A stretch of DNA of 64,000 nt, taken from the NCBI GenBank assembly GCA_035221665.1, contig CM069131.1, positions 28,458,001-28,522,000 on the forward strand. The letters run 5' to 3'. The position numbers and the translations under genes were made by a program. Under the pieces are notes generated by a model, which was given only the letters and a program-made list of their open reading frames with translations, was not told the origin of the DNA and searched no databases. The number at the start of each line of letters is the position of its first letter. Position 1 is the stretch's first letter. This document shows, piece by piece, positions 12,983 through 26,429 of this stretch. The stretch comes from Okamejei kenojei (Eukaryota).

Positions 12983-14202
12983 TTGATTACTGCAGATTCA
13001 GAGAACTCATTGTATGTGTCCATGTATAATTGGCAAGGTAGTTGGTAAACATCATGGGACATCTTAGAGCTGTCCATAAACTGATTAGGCAGCCATGCAA
13101 GGCCTCAGTGTTAACTTGGGTGAGTCAAACACATTCAGGAAGCAATGACTGGCCTACAACTACCACAACCACAATTATTTTTGCAAGCCAGAACTCCAGC
13201 AAGTGGAGATTCTGTTCTCGATCCTCATCAACTTCAGTTTACTAGAGATCATTGGCAAATACCATCTTTCTGCTTGGGGCAAATCTCTTTTATCCTAATG
13301 TTGCATTTTGGCTCTTTTATCCAAGATGGACTAGGCTGCAATGAGAAGTGCAACCTTATTAGAAATCATTCTTGATTAGTGATGTTTGAGAGAAAGTGTT
13401 ATTTCTACTTTACTACTGACCAAGAGCAGAATGATGAAGCAGTGAGTATGCAGATAATGCTCATATTTAGAAGACAGGGCAGATTAAGTGATTTTCCACA
13501 TAGTTGGGAAAATGCTAGTGTTAAAGCTACAGTAGGTTATTTAGGTTTAGGTTCATTATTCTCACATGTACTAAGGTACAGTGAAAAACTCTGTTTTGCT
13601 ATCTTTACTTATCTTAATGCATTCATCAATTAATTGCACGGGCAAACTGCTTTGATTTCAAGTAATTCAACATTTAAGAATGTTACCGTTCTCTTGTCCT
13701 CTCATTCTCATTCCATGTAAATAATAACTAATAATGAATTATATCTTTCTTCTGGGGTGGACCATAATTTAAGTACATTTAAATTGTCACTTTTGTAATT
13801 TGACTTCTACCGGACAATTTTTTTTATTAGGACAATGATTACTCATTAGTGATCATTAGTCAAAGGTGTAACAACTGCAAATGAGCCCATCAGCCGACAA
13901 CAACTATATCATTCCTTTTGCTCATCTACACTCATCTTATTTACCTGTATTAAGACTGTATCCTTCAACACTTTGTCGTTTATTGTGAAAGTCTCTTAAA
14001 AGTACTAACGGTATCCGATTCCTCCATCTCCTCCAGCAGCACTTTCCAGATATAAACCACTCTTTACATACATTTTAAAAACTTATCCTTTAATTCTCCT
14101 ACCTCTCATTAATTTTTAAATATATTTCCATATCCACTTTATGTAAAGACACATCACTGACTGATCCATTGCTAGGTGGCGCATTCTGTTTTACGGTCAT
14201 AC

Positions 14203-14325
14203 CTTGATCATACTATGGAGAGTTTTTCCATAGTTGTCATAGAATGCCTTACGAATATCCATCAGGTCAACTTCACTCCTTGAAATAATAACCCTGATGA
14301 GTGTGTCATCATTGGTGCCACTTCC
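14203..14325 (-). CDS. ANXA5: Annexin A5 exon (123 nt)
   Basis: AG/GT bounded; [41 protein letters not shown]. Confidence 0.95.
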
Positions 14326-15269
14326 CTAATTACAAAAGGAAATATGTCAAAATAGTTACTTAGCTACTTTCAACAATGTTAGGTTTGACAATGCATAGGC
14401 AAATTATGGAATGTACAATATTTTTCTAAATATCAGTATGAACAATTAACACCTAATATGGTGTTGATCATTTGAAGAACTCCAAGCTGCAAGTTTAGCT
14501 GTAGGGCGTGATTTCTGGAACAAACATCCACAGCAGGTCAGCAGCTAAACTGGAGTCAGCCTTGGACAGCTGCATAAAAGTCTGGCAGAATGATAGTAGC
14601 TTCAGGTACAATTTAGTGAGAGTTTAATTCTGGTGATGCGAATCCGGCAGTGGCATATTCCTACTTAGCCTGTTTGTCAAGTTCACCGTTTCCATATGTG
14701 CATTTACCTGCAGCACCTGGATAAGATGTCAGGACATTCACCAATGCCTGCTGTGACCTTCATGTCAAAGACCAACTCAACCTACCAATCAGGTTTCCAA
14801 GAACACTATATCTAAACGAAACATTAGCTTCAAATAAAACTCTAGTTTTACCCTATGTTGGTACATGGGAAGGATAATAAAGATACCTGTGATGCAATTG
14901 TATTAAGAATTAGATACTTACAAACATTGCAAGAGAGACACAAGAGACTGCAGATGCTGGAACCTTGAGCAAAAGTGCCCAAGGAACTCAGCAGGTCAGG
15001 CAGCATTTGTGGAGGAAAATGGACAGAGGTTCGGATCAGAAACCTTGAAACATCATCTGTCCATTTCCTTACACAGTTGCTGCCTGACCTGCTGAGTTTA
15101 CAGAATGTTTTCTTGATCATGTTATTTTAATATTCTCTCCCAAACAACTGTTCTTGGTAACAAGCATTTCCATTTCGTACAAGGAAACATGTAAAAATCT
15201 GATCATTTTTATATTTAAAAAAAAAAAATTAATTACATTTATTTGAGATTATTATATCAATGAACAAAC

Positions 15270-15328
15270 CTTCATGGCATTGTAGAGTGTTTCAGCAAAA
15301 TACTCAGGAACACTTCTTATACACTTGA
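15270..15328 (-). CDS. ANXA5: Annexin A5 exon (59 nt)
   Basis: AG/GT bounded; (V)KCIRSVPEYFAETLYNAMK. Confidence 0.95.
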
Positions 15329-15549
15329 CTGAAATTTAAAAAAAACATAAATTGTATATATAGATTATTAATGCTACTTTTTATTTTACAAAGGTTAACA
15401 AATTTAAAGGTCCACTTATAGAATTAGGTTTCCATTAATCAATTTGCACAATTATTGGCAAAGGCCTAACAACCCAATTGGCCATTACATACATGGTGAA
15501 ACAAGATTTAAAACATTGTTGGCTAAAGAGGAAAAGGAATAGAAATGTA

Positions 15550-16527
15550 CAGTGCCCCCATAATGTTTGGGACAAAGACCCATCATTTATTTATTTGCCT
15601 CTTGTACTACACAATTTGAGATTTGTAATAGAAAAAGAAAATCACATGTGGTTAAAGTGCACATTATCAGATTTTATTAAAGGCCATTTTTATACATTTT
15701 GGTTTCACCATGTAGAAATTACAGCTGTGTTTATACAAGAACAAAGTATGGAGGAGAGAAGGAACTGCCCAAGATCCAAAGCATACCACCTCATCTGTGA
15801 AACACGGTGGTGGGGGTGCTATGTCCTGGGTATGTATGACTGCAGACGGTACTGGCTCACTTATCCTTATTGATGATACAACTGCTGATGGTAGTAACAT
15901 CATGAATTCTGAAGTGTCTAGACATATCCTATCTGCTCAAGTTCAAACAAATGTCTCAAAACTCATTAGCCGGCGGTTCATTCCACAGCAAGACAATGAT
16001 CCCAAACATACTGCTATAGCAACAAAGGAGTTTTTCAAAGCTAAAAGATTGTCAATTCTTGACACCCGATCTGAACCCAATTGAGCATGCCTTTTAAATG
16101 CTGAAGAGAAAACTGAAGGGGACTAGCCCCCAAAACAAGCATATGATAAAGATGGCTGCAATGCAGGCCTGGCAGAGCATCACCAGAAAAGACACCCAGC
16201 AACATGGCGATGTCCATGAGTCACAGGCTTCAAGCAGTCATTGCATGCAAAGGATATGCAACAAATTACTAAACCTGACTACTTTCATTTACATGGCATT
16301 GCTGTGTCCCAAACATTATGGTGCCCTGAAATGTGGGGGATTATGTATAAACACTGCTGTAATTTCTACACAGCAAAACCAAAATGTATAAAAATGGCCT
16401 TTATTAAAATCTGACAATGTGCACTTAAACCACATGTGATTATTGTTTCTATTACAAATCTCAAATTGTGAAGTACAGAGGCAAATTGATAAATGGGTCT
16501 TTGTCCAAAACATTATGGAGGGCACTG
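15550..16527 (+). mobile_element. Internally deleted Tc1-like transposon (second family)
   Basis: TA|CAGTGCCC-CCATAATGTTT ... AAACATTATGGAGGGCACTG|TA with long imperfect TIRs. Remnant VKHGGG and QQDNDPKHT motifs. Confidence 0.9.
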
Positions 16528-16658
16528 TATATTGAGTTAAGAATATTGGAAAGTGGCTCATATTGAACAAAAAAAAATAAAAAATCAGGAGTTAAGTAGC
16601 CTGGTTTATGTTACAAATTTTACACAACTCTGAGAGAATATTATCTCTTGCATCTTAC

Positions 16659-16754
16659 CAACTGCTAGCAAAGCACTCCTCAGATTTCCAGATGTCTCAG
16701 AAGAAATGCTTTCTTCTATTTTGTAGCCTGAGATTTTCATATACTCTGTAAAAA
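16659..16754 (-). CDS. ANXA5: Annexin A5 exon (96 nt)
   Basis: AG/GT bounded; (V)FTEYMKISGYKIEESISSETSGNLRSALLAV. Confidence 0.95.
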
Positions 16755-16924
16755 CTGAAGGTGATAATATAATTAATTAGTCATCTTTTCCAATAATCAC
16801 GACAACGAAAGCACACACATTTAATATCTAATCCTTGTTGATTTAATTTAAAAATAACTTTAATTTATGATAAAGCAAAGTGCTGAAGAACTTAGAGTCA
16901 TAGTGATACAGTGTGGAAAAGACC

Positions 16925-17645
16925 CTTCAGCTATAAGATCACGCCTCATCCTTCTGCGCTCCAAGGAATAGAATCCCTGCCTGCTCAACCTCTCCCTACA
17001 GCGTGATAACATATTTCCTATAACATGGTGCCCAGAACTGAACACAATACTCTAAATGCGGCCTCAGCAACATCTAAGACAACTGCAACATGATCTCCCA
17101 ACTTCGACACTCAATACTCTGACTGATGAAGGTCAATGTGCCAAAAGCTTTTTTGACCACCAGATCTACCTGCACTCCTAGATCCCTCTGCTCTACAACA
17201 CTGCCCAGAGCCCCACCATTCACTATGTATGTCCTGCCCATGTTAGATTGCCCAAAATGCAACATCTCACATTTATTTTGTTCTATCAACCACTCCTCAG
17301 CCCACCTGGCCAATCGTTCAACATCCTGCTGCAATTCTTCACAACCATCTTCACTATCTGCAACTATCACTTTTGTATCATCAGCAAACTTGCTAATCTT
17401 GCCATGTATGTTCTCAACCAAATCGTTGATGTAGATGACAAACAGTAACAGGCCCAGCACCAAACCCGAGGCACACCATTAGTCCCAGGCTTCCAGTCCA
17501 AGAAGCAACCTTCCACCATCACCCTCTATTTCCTTCCATGAAGCCAATTTCCTATCCATTCAACTATCTCTCCTTGGATCCCATGCGATCTAACCTTCCA
17601 GAGCAGCCTATCATGCGGAATCTTGTCGATTGCTTTGCTAAATTC
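16925..17645 (-). mobile_element. CR1-like LINE RT fragment
   Basis: ORF 17074-17463 VLGLLLFVIYINDL...KFADDTK. Confidence 0.85.
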
Positions 17646-20339
17646 AAACTGTGTATTGCTGTATCTCTTACCTAATATCGTGACTACACAATCCAAATAT
17701 TATTCCTCATTTCAGCTATCCAGCTACCTCCAAGAGATAGAAATGTACATTTTCCAAAATAAGAAACTCTATCAATTTTGTCAAAATCCTAAATGATTCA
17801 ATGTCACTTCCTGGCCAAATCTTTAACCGTGAGAACCACACTTCTAATTTACCCTGGTTTATAAGAATCCTCCCAAGAAACTGCTAGCCTAAAGTGAGAT
17901 TCAGTTTGCACACCTCAAACTATTTTCGACCAGGCACAAGTCGAATCAAGGACCACAAAAGCTCAGATAAAAATACTACAGCGGAGCATAACAAGTGGAG
18001 AGATGACACAAGAGACTGTAGGTGCCGTGTATGGAGCTAACAAACACTGATGGAGGAACTCAGTGGGTCAAGCCGCATCTGTAGAGACAAGGTGTTGGTT
18101 AATGTTTCAGGGTGAGACCTTGCATCAGAACATAAGAGACTAGAAGGTGGGTTTATCTTACTTTACATTTTACACTAGCTAATTAGCCCCTCTGAAACCC
18201 GTGACTCCAAACATCAAGAAGTGCGAGCAATTGGGAACACAGTCACATGCAAATTCCTATCCTCTCCTTACTTGGTAACATAGTAACCATATCCCTTGAG
18301 CAAAACAAAGAGTTCTGTTTAGTTTAGAGAAACAGCGTGGAAACAGACCTTTTGGCCCACCGAGTCCATTGATCACCTGCTTCACTAATTACATGTTATC
18401 CCACTTTTGCATCTTACACACTTGGGGCAATTTATGGAAGCCAATTAACCTACAAACCCGTATGTCTTACTTGAAATTGGCACATTCAATGCTCATACCA
18501 TAGGTATACAAGCGGAATACAAGGTGCTGTTCTTAGAGTTTGTAGATGTCAGTGGATAATTTGCCCTCTGCGATGGTGAGAGACGAGAAATGGGAGAGGG
18601 TCATGAGAGATAGTCCAAAGATGCAGTAGGCTGTCCCAATGTAGTCATCAATGTAGTGAAGAAATATTCGGCAAATGGTGCCGGGTGTGTTTGTGTTCAA
18701 TGTAACCAACATAAAGAAAGGTATGCGAGTGCTCTTGGCTACACCTTTGACTTGAAGAGGTAAGAGGAATCAAAAATTAATAATTTTTCACTGGATCTGG
18801 CCTCCTCCACATTGGCGAGATGAAGTGTAGACTAGCAAAACTCCCGCTTTGCCAAACACATACTCTGTCCACCAAGACATGTTGGAGCTCTTAGTTGCTA
18901 ATCATTTTAACTCTCCTTTCTTCCATTGTAAAGACAGAACTGCAGGTACTTGATAACAAAGCAAATATTGATTTAAGCACTTGCAAATCCTCAGATAAGC
19001 ATGTTATTCATACCTGCATGCTGTAACACAACATTCAGACATGGACTGAGGAGTGACAAGTCATATGTATATGTGATAAATGTCAATGACCAACCAACAA
19101 AAAACATGGATTTTTAAACCATTATTTCTAAGTTACTATACTACATGTTCTGTGCAAGGGAAGGAGTCAAGGCAATTGGGTTGACATGTAACGTATAAAG
19201 AGAAAATTGGTTAATAGACAGAAAATAAAAAGCAATTATAACCAGGTCATTTTCTAGTTGACAGTCTGGAACCACCGAAATGCTACAAGGACATGCCAAC
19301 AGAATTAATAACTCACTAAAAGGAACTCAACCCTTCAAGCTTGTTTTGCATTCAATGAAATCACAAGTGACACGATTAGTTCAGCATTCCAGCTACTTCC
19401 AGTAAACTTTCAACAGCATACTTATCAAGAAATTATGCTTCTTTCTGCCTTAAATATATTCAAACTCACCACTTCCACATCCTATTGAGGAATCACAATG
19501 AAGGGGGAAAAAAAAAATCACCTCAACCACTGTAAATGAGCCACCCTTTTTCTTTTTAAAACTAGAGGGGCCCCCTAGTTTTAGATTCTGTACATCTCTC
19601 AGGATTGGTAATGGTTTATTGTTGTCACACGTACTGACACACAATGAAAAACAGCGAGTAGCTCCATGTGTACTATTTACAAATATTCTATTTACAGCCA
19701 CTCACAAAGGTCACTTCAACAGTATTTTCCAAATCCATGCCTCCTTGTACCTGGAAGGCAAGGATAATGATTGCATGGTAATGACAATATCTGCAGCTTC
19801 TCCCAAATTCACAAAACCGTGACTGGGAAGAATCTTTTCCCTAAACCATCAACTGATCCAAAGTCTGAACGCCTTTTCAACAGCATTTTGGAAGAACAAC
19901 CACCTCCTCAAAGGATGTCAATGATGGGCAAATAATACCGTCTTTGCCAGTCAACAAAACGCACCTCCTATAAATGGAAAAATAAAACGTAATTGTGTTT
20001 GAACAGCAGTCCATTGGCTGATGAACATTTTGGATCATTCAAAGATGAGTCTTCCACAAATACAAGCTCTTAAATATTTAGTCTCCCAGTAATATGTGAA
20101 AAATATTTTCTTCATTTTGTTTCAGGCCTGCAATGTTAACATTTGCTTAATGTTCTCCCATCTCAACAAGAAATACAAGTAGAATAATAGTATATTCTAG
20201 AATTTAGTTCATCCAAATTTTCAATTGATCATATTTCCCCCCAAATACTCTGTTGAAGTCATGAAAGTCTAAAATGTTGCATGACATATCACCACAGTTA
20301 TAATTAGTCAGTAATGAAAGCAAAGCCAACAATGCAAAC

Positions 20340-20433
20340 CTTGCCGAAGATGATGAACACTCTTACTGCCTACGATGGAGAGAAATATTGACTCATCAGT
20401 ACCACATTTCAGTTCTCCAGCTTGAAACAATTC
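20340..20433 (-). CDS. ANXA5: Annexin A5 exon (94 nt, start of repeat III)
   Basis: AG/GT bounded; ELFQAGELKCGTDESIFLSIVGSKSVHHLRQ (human ALFQAGELKWGTDEEKFITIFGTRSVSHLRK). Confidence 0.95.
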
Positions 20434-21794
20434 CTGTTGTGTAAAGATAATACAAATTATATATGCATATCATATATACACACACACACACATGTAGATA
20501 ATTGAACACTTCAGACTGCAGTCAATTTTCACACCCACTCCCTAACCCTGAAAATGAGCATTGAATAAGTGTGATTGCATACAGGACTAAGATTTTGAGA
20601 CCTTTACAGAGTTCAATGCAAATAAATGTGAGGTGCTCATTTTGGGAAGTCACACCAGGGCAGAACCTTCACAGTGAAAGTACGGCACTGGGAGAATTTG
20701 TGGCAACATTTCTGACTTGCGAACATTTTGGGTTATGGACATTTCTCACCAACGGAGCCCTGCCAAAACACAAGGAGGACCTGCAACATTGACATGATAG
20801 CTTGATATATGCAATATTGGCTCGTGACCTTTTCAATAATGGATAATTCCCCACTACGTGCACCCTCTACGTGGCGACTATTGCATAGAATTTCATTGTG
20901 ACTTGTCACATGACAATAACGTTTTTAATCCAATTCTTCTTATCTATCTATATCATATGCTTATTAAAACTCTGATCTTGTTAGTGTGTATATGTGTGTG
21001 TGTACATGTGTGCGTTTATGTGGTTGTCTTTACATCTTCACGAAAAAACTATGCAGTAACAATAACATTTTTACATATTCAGGTTTACATTTTTCCCGTC
21101 GAGGCCGGGATCACCTTATCTGAACACTCGCAACAAGGGCAGAGTCCCCCTGGTCCTCACCTTTCACCCCATCAGCCGGCAAGTACAACACATAGTCCTA
21201 CGCCAGTTTCAACACCTCCAACGTGACCCCTCCACTCGCCACATCTTCCCATCTCCCCCCCGTCTGCCTTCCGCAAAGACCGCTCCCTCCGCAACTCCCT
21301 TGTCAATTCTCCCCTTCCCTCCTGCTCTACCCCTTCCCCGGGTACTTTCCCTTGCAACCGCAAGAAATGCTACACTTGTCCCTTCACTACTTTCAGGGAC
21401 CCAAGCAGTCCTTCCAGGTCCGACAGAGGTTCACCTGCACCTCCTCCAACCTCATCTACTGCATCCGCTGCTCCAGATGCCAGCTGATCTATATCGGTGA
21501 GACCAAGCGGAGGCTTGGCGATCGTTTCGCCGAACACCTCCGCTCGGTCCGCAATAACCAAGCCGACCACCTGGTGGCTCAGTACTTCAACTCCCCCTCC
21601 CATTCCGTATCCGACCTCTCGGTCCTGGGCCTCCTCCACGGCCAGAGTGAGCAACACCGCAAGTTGGAGGAACAGCACCTCATATTCCGCTTGGGGAGTC
21701 TGCTTCCTCTGGGCTTGAACATTGAATTTTCTCAATTCTGTTAACCCTTGCTGTCTCCTCCCCTTCCCACCTCTCCCTCAGCCCCTGGCATTCC

Positions 21795-21880
<86 letters not shown>
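21795..21880. repeat. (CT)n(AT)n microsatellite
   Basis: Direct reading: about 30 AT units following a CT run. Confidence 0.97.
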
Positions 21881-21881
<1 letters not shown>

Positions 21882-22046
21882 CTCTCCCCCACCCTAGTCG
21901 CACTAGCTTCTCATTTTCACACTGCAAACAGCTTTCAATGGCTTGTTCCCTTTATCATCGATACTTTTTTGCATATCTTTCATTCATTGTTCTTTATCTC
22001 TCCACATCACCGTCTATATCTCTCGTTTCCCTGATCCCTGACCAGT

Positions 22047-22074
22047 CTGAAGAAGGGTCTCGACCCGAAACGTC
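22047..22074 (+). ncRNA. Candidate minimal hammerhead ribozyme core in the Penelope-like terminus
   Basis: CTGAAGA-A-GGGT(CTCG)ACCC-GAAA-CG-TC: both catalytic boxes, helix II and a palindromic ACGT helix III. Helix I is weak. Confidence 0.5.
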
Positions 22075-24830
22075 GCCTATCTCCTTCGCTCCTTAGATGC
22101 TGCTGCACCCGCTGAGTTTCTCCAGCCTTTTGTGTACCCTTATCTGAACATTTCATGCTTTATTTCTCGACATTACTGATTAAAGTCTAAAAACATGAAA
22201 AGACTTTGAAATTAAAAATACCAGCTTCAAATAATGATGTCACAATGGCTCAGCTAACAGACCAGCCTGAATGAAGATTTCATCCTATATTTGACACGTT
22301 ATTCGAGATTAAAGCTTTAAAAATGCCAAGATTTTTACATATTCTGATTCACATTTTTCCCCTTGAGGCCGAGAAACTTTCACTGAACATTTTATGCTTT
22401 CTCGACTTATTACTGATTAAAGTTTTTTTTTAAATCAAGCCTCAATGAAGATTTCAATCCTATATTTGACAAGTTATTCGCGATTAAAGCTTTAAAAATG
22501 TCAACTTTCACATGATTTTTACATATTGTGATTCACATTTTCCCCTTGAGGCAGAGATCACTTTCACTGAACAATTTATGCTTTATTTCTCGACATTACT
22601 GATTATAGTTTAAAAAAATCAAAATACCTTCAATTTCTAACCGACCAACTTCAACTGATGACATCACAATGGCAGCTTCAACTGATGATGTGACAATGGA
22701 TAGACATCAGGGGGAGGGTGAATTGCTATTGAAACACGCAGGCCAGGTGCAATTGGAATTTTTTTTAAAGATCACTGCTGAGGAAGGCAGGGGGAGTGAT
22801 GGAATCTTGTTTGTGAACGACTTGAGTTGCAGAACCACGCTTCCCGTGGGGACTACGGGTCTGCATTTGTTCTATTATATAATACTAAAGGGGGTGGTGT
22901 GTGTGTGTGTGCGTGTGTGCTTGTGTCGGTGTGTGTGTGTGTAGGTGTGTGTGTAGGTGTGTGTGTAGGTGTGTTGTGAGATTGAGATGGTATCTACGCC
23001 AAAACAGTACAGGGTAGCGTAAATATTTTGCACCACCTTATGCACCTTTTTCCTGTGGTCGTTCCTGTCAACTTTCCTTCACAATTGATGTTATATTTCA
23101 CAAGTTATTGATATTTCAAGTTTAAAAAAACCCAACTTTGAGAAGAATAACTGTGACTCTGCTTTGAGATTTTTCTGGCAGCTTCAAGTGATGACGTCAC
23201 AATGGCATCTCACAGTCCTCCAATCACAATGGGATCTCATTTACATATGCTGCCAATTACATCACAATGGGATTGTAGTCCTGCTCACAACATTGTTGCT
23301 ATCCAAGTACACTTAGTCCTGCTAGCTCTCGCAGGTGCAAATGCATTTTTCATAAAGTCACAGTACACTGATTTTTTTTAAAGTTTAAAATGAGGGAGTG
23401 TGAATATGGCAAAATGAGCAGCCCTTGCGCAGTTGAGGGCTATGGGTGAGTGGTGCAATATTGCGTTGAGGGAATGGGTTACGTTGGGGCAACGGGCGAG
23501 TGCTGCAAACGGGTTGCGTTGGGGGAACGGGTGTGTGGTGGATTATTGCGTTGGGGAAACGGGGCCCAACGGTTCCCACTTGGTCTAGTATATATTACTA
23601 AAACACTCATCTCGTTTGTTATTGTGTCTGTGAGTCTGATCCGAAACTACGCCAAACAGTACACGATAGCACTACAATTTTTGGCTCACTCACCATTGTC
23701 CTGTGGTGTGCTGTATCAAGTTTAGTTCAGTTTGATAGTATATTTATATTAGTTATTCACATTTTAAACTTTACAAAAATCACTTTGCCAAAAATGTCTT
23801 CCATCTGCACTGGCTATTAGCAGCGTATGATGTCATAATGGGATCTCATTAACATAAACTGCCCATCAGCAGTGTTCCACACCACAATGACATCACAATG
23901 GGATCTCATTTATTTTTAAAAAACAACAGCATTCCACCATGACATCAAAATGGGATCTCATTTACATTACAAGGGAGGAGGATAAGGGTAGGAAGAGGGA
24001 TGGCGAGGCGCACTTGGGGAGGGTTGCCATGACTCACTTAACAACGGGGATCTCTGGCGTCACAACAGGAACCTGTCAGCCATGCCTGTGCAGTTGGGGG
24101 CTATGGGTGAGTGGTGGAATATTGCGTTTGGGGACCAGCCCTCCAGTGTGGCAGGGTCCCAACGGGTCCCACTTGGTCTAGTACCATATAAAGCATTTTC
24201 ACAGTTTGCTCCCAATTTTTGTCTCTTCTGCCGCAATCTGGTAACTCAGTTCTCAATTCTAAATAATACTCTGCTTATCGTAATGCATTCATCTTAAGAG
24301 CATATTGCAGTGGACAAAAGGGCTTCTATTAATTAGTGGTTTCTACCTGTTCTCTCCTTTTTCTCTTCCTTAGGGCTTTTATTTGTAGTATTCTTTCTGG
24401 CAAGTTGAAGCACGAACTCAATTCGGTCCTTCCAACTTTACATACAATGTCATTATTTCCTCATATACAACTATAGAGAACACTGCATATTAATCACACA
24501 CTCACATGTCAACAATTGCCCAATCTGCAGTACAGTTACTTCTGAAATTTGATCAGCAACACTTTCCTCTCAAGACTGGAATAAACAGCAGTTTAAAAAA
24601 TGGATTAAGTTTTACCCAAACTTTTTTCTGTGCACTGCAAGAGAATGGGGCTACCTAATAATTCAGGCACGAGTCCAATCACCAAATGAGATAAAAGGTA
24701 CTAGTAGAGCAGCCTCAAAACTGTAAAAATAAATTTAAATTTAATACCTTTCAGAATATTTATTTAAGAAAGGTTTAAAAACTATTTTTGTTAAAGGGAA
24801 AAAAATCAATTATAAAATGCATTCACTCAC

Positions 24831-24887
24831 CTGAGCATCTTTTTTTACTTCAGCTTCAGTGTATGTTGTGCTCTCATCTCTTCTGGC
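24831..24887 (-). CDS. ANXA5: Annexin A5 exon (57 nt)
   Basis: AG/GTGAGT bounded; ARRDESTTYTEAEVKKDAQ (human ANRDPDAGIDEAQVEQDAQ). Confidence 0.92.
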
Positions 24888-25409
24888 CTAACAAGGAGTA
24901 AAATAAATGTCAATTTTAGTTGTACTTAAACTCTATCGCGCACATCCTAACAATCACTCTGCTAATTCCAACCACTCCAAACAAAATTGGATCCCCGTCC
25001 AACAACATATTAATTCTAAAATATTTATCCCAATGTTATTTCTCCCTGTTCATTTTCTCCGTTCAACCTAACATTCTTCAAGGCCGTGCATTCAATTGCT
25101 CCATCTAAACTAAAAAACCTCTCTATCTCTATCACTCCCCCTCCCTCCATCTCACCCTCCTCAAGACAGCTTTAGATCTACCTGCATGACCACGCCCAGC
25201 CTTAATATTTCCTTTTACAATTAGCAACAGATTTTGTTTGGTAAATGTGTCAAACAAACTTTAAATTCAAGACTTTAAATTTATGAACAAAACCAAAAAC
25301 GTAAAACTGCACTAATGTGTCATAAATATGGCACATAAAAAGTTAAACTCAATGGTCTGGCATATTGTAAATTGATAAAGACTTATTTTTCAAAATTTGA
25401 AATGTCTAC

Positions 25410-25489
25410 CTGTAGCAGAATAATCAAAATTCTTTGGAAATGTCCAGATGTGTCACTGATAATACATTCTTCCAAATCTTTTTCATATT
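25410..25489 (-). CDS. ANXA5: Annexin A5 exon (80 nt)
   Basis: AG/GT bounded; (E)YEKDLEECIISDTSGHFQRILIILLQ. Confidence 0.95.
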
Positions 25490-25920
25490 CTGAAAGGTAT
25501 TAAAAGAGATTGTTAGGGCCAAGATTAAGAGTTATTTCCCATAGTTCATGAATTAAAACAACGTCACACAGAAATATTGGAGCTTCCTTACCAATAGCAA
25601 CCACTTAGTCCTGAAAGTATTTCTGCCAACCGATATCATCAATCACCAACATAAATATTTCATTCAATACCTCTCTATCAATACATGCACCATACAAAGC
25701 AAGGATCAAATGTAGATTTAATATAAAAGCAGATTTAGTATAAATTTTAAACCGTTCCACCGGAGTGACAATAACCATTTTGTGTTAAACAATGTTTAAA
25801 GCCAGAGTGTGTAAAACATTGAAAGCAAAAGTAGAATACAAAAGATAAAAGTCACCTAACAGCACTTAAACCACCTCCTCATTCTCAAGCAAAGATTAGA
25901 TTTTTATGTCCATAAATCCA

Positions 25921-26095
25921 TTTATTTGTAATAAAATTTGGAAACCATGTATCATTTTCCTTCCATTTCACAATTATGCGCCACTTTGTGTTGGTCTATC
26001 ACATAAAATCCCAATAAAATACATTTACGTTGGTGGTTGTAACGTGACAAAATGTGGAAAAGTTCAAGGGGTATGAAAACTTTTGCAAGCCACTG
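25921..26095 (+). mobile_element. Solo Tc1 terminal inverted repeat (same family as 1798-3400)
   Basis: Near-identical to 3226-3400 and ends CAAGCCACTG|TA. No partner end nearby. Confidence 0.9.
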
Positions 26096-26338
26096 TAGTA
26101 GCACAGTAAATCAATTGTTCGGGTCAATTACCTTTCAGTCATACTTCAAGTCAGCAATCTAAAATGTTACTTAATTTTCTCCCTCCATGGATGCTGCCTG
26201 ATCTGTTGAATATTCCTGGAATATGTACTTTTATTTCATATTTTTAGCACCTACTGTTTTTCTTTTGTTTTCTGAACAAATTATTCTCATCTGCTTTAGT
26301 AATGACTGTGATGATACCGTGGATATACAAGAGCATAC

Positions 26339-26429
26339 CTTCCTTATAAGCCTGAATGATTGCTCTAAGTTCCTGGTTGGTTCTTGAGGCAAGAATTTCT
26401 ATCAAGCATGTTTCATCTGTTCCAGCGCC
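26339..26429 (-). CDS. ANXA5: Annexin A5 exon (91 nt)
   Basis: aAG/GT bounded; GAGTDETCLIEILASRTNQELRAIIQAYKE(E). Confidence 0.95.

Larger units (their letters stand above)
21127..22137 (+). mobile_element. 5'-truncated Penelope-like element (GIY-YIG endonuclease end + terminal repeat)
   Basis: ORF 21223-21744 TSSNLIYCIRCSRCQLIYIGETKRRLGDRFAEH...E...GLN. 13-bp TSD ccttatctgaaca at 21114-21126 and 22138-22150. Confidence 0.88.
20943..24181 (+). mobile_element. Tandem array of three non-autonomous Helitron-like units
   Basis: Each unit starts with a TA-rich (T)CTATA..TACTAAAAC-like 5' end plus (GT)n-rich sequence and ends in a GC hairpin gggacccaacgggtccc-like + acttggtCTAG|T (23585-23588, 24178-24181; degenerate at ~22849-22875). 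Confidence 0.65.

Noticed and set aside
22150-23960. Regularly recurring motifs resembling a CRISPR-like array
   Set aside because: The repeats are degenerate and irregularly spaced, there are no cas genes and the context is eukaryotic. They are explained by Helitron-like internal repeats.
24660-24722. Acceptor-like tttacAG followed by TTT TGA, suggesting a truncated annexin
   Set aside because: The true next exon is at 20340-20433 and all remaining exons are present with correct phases.
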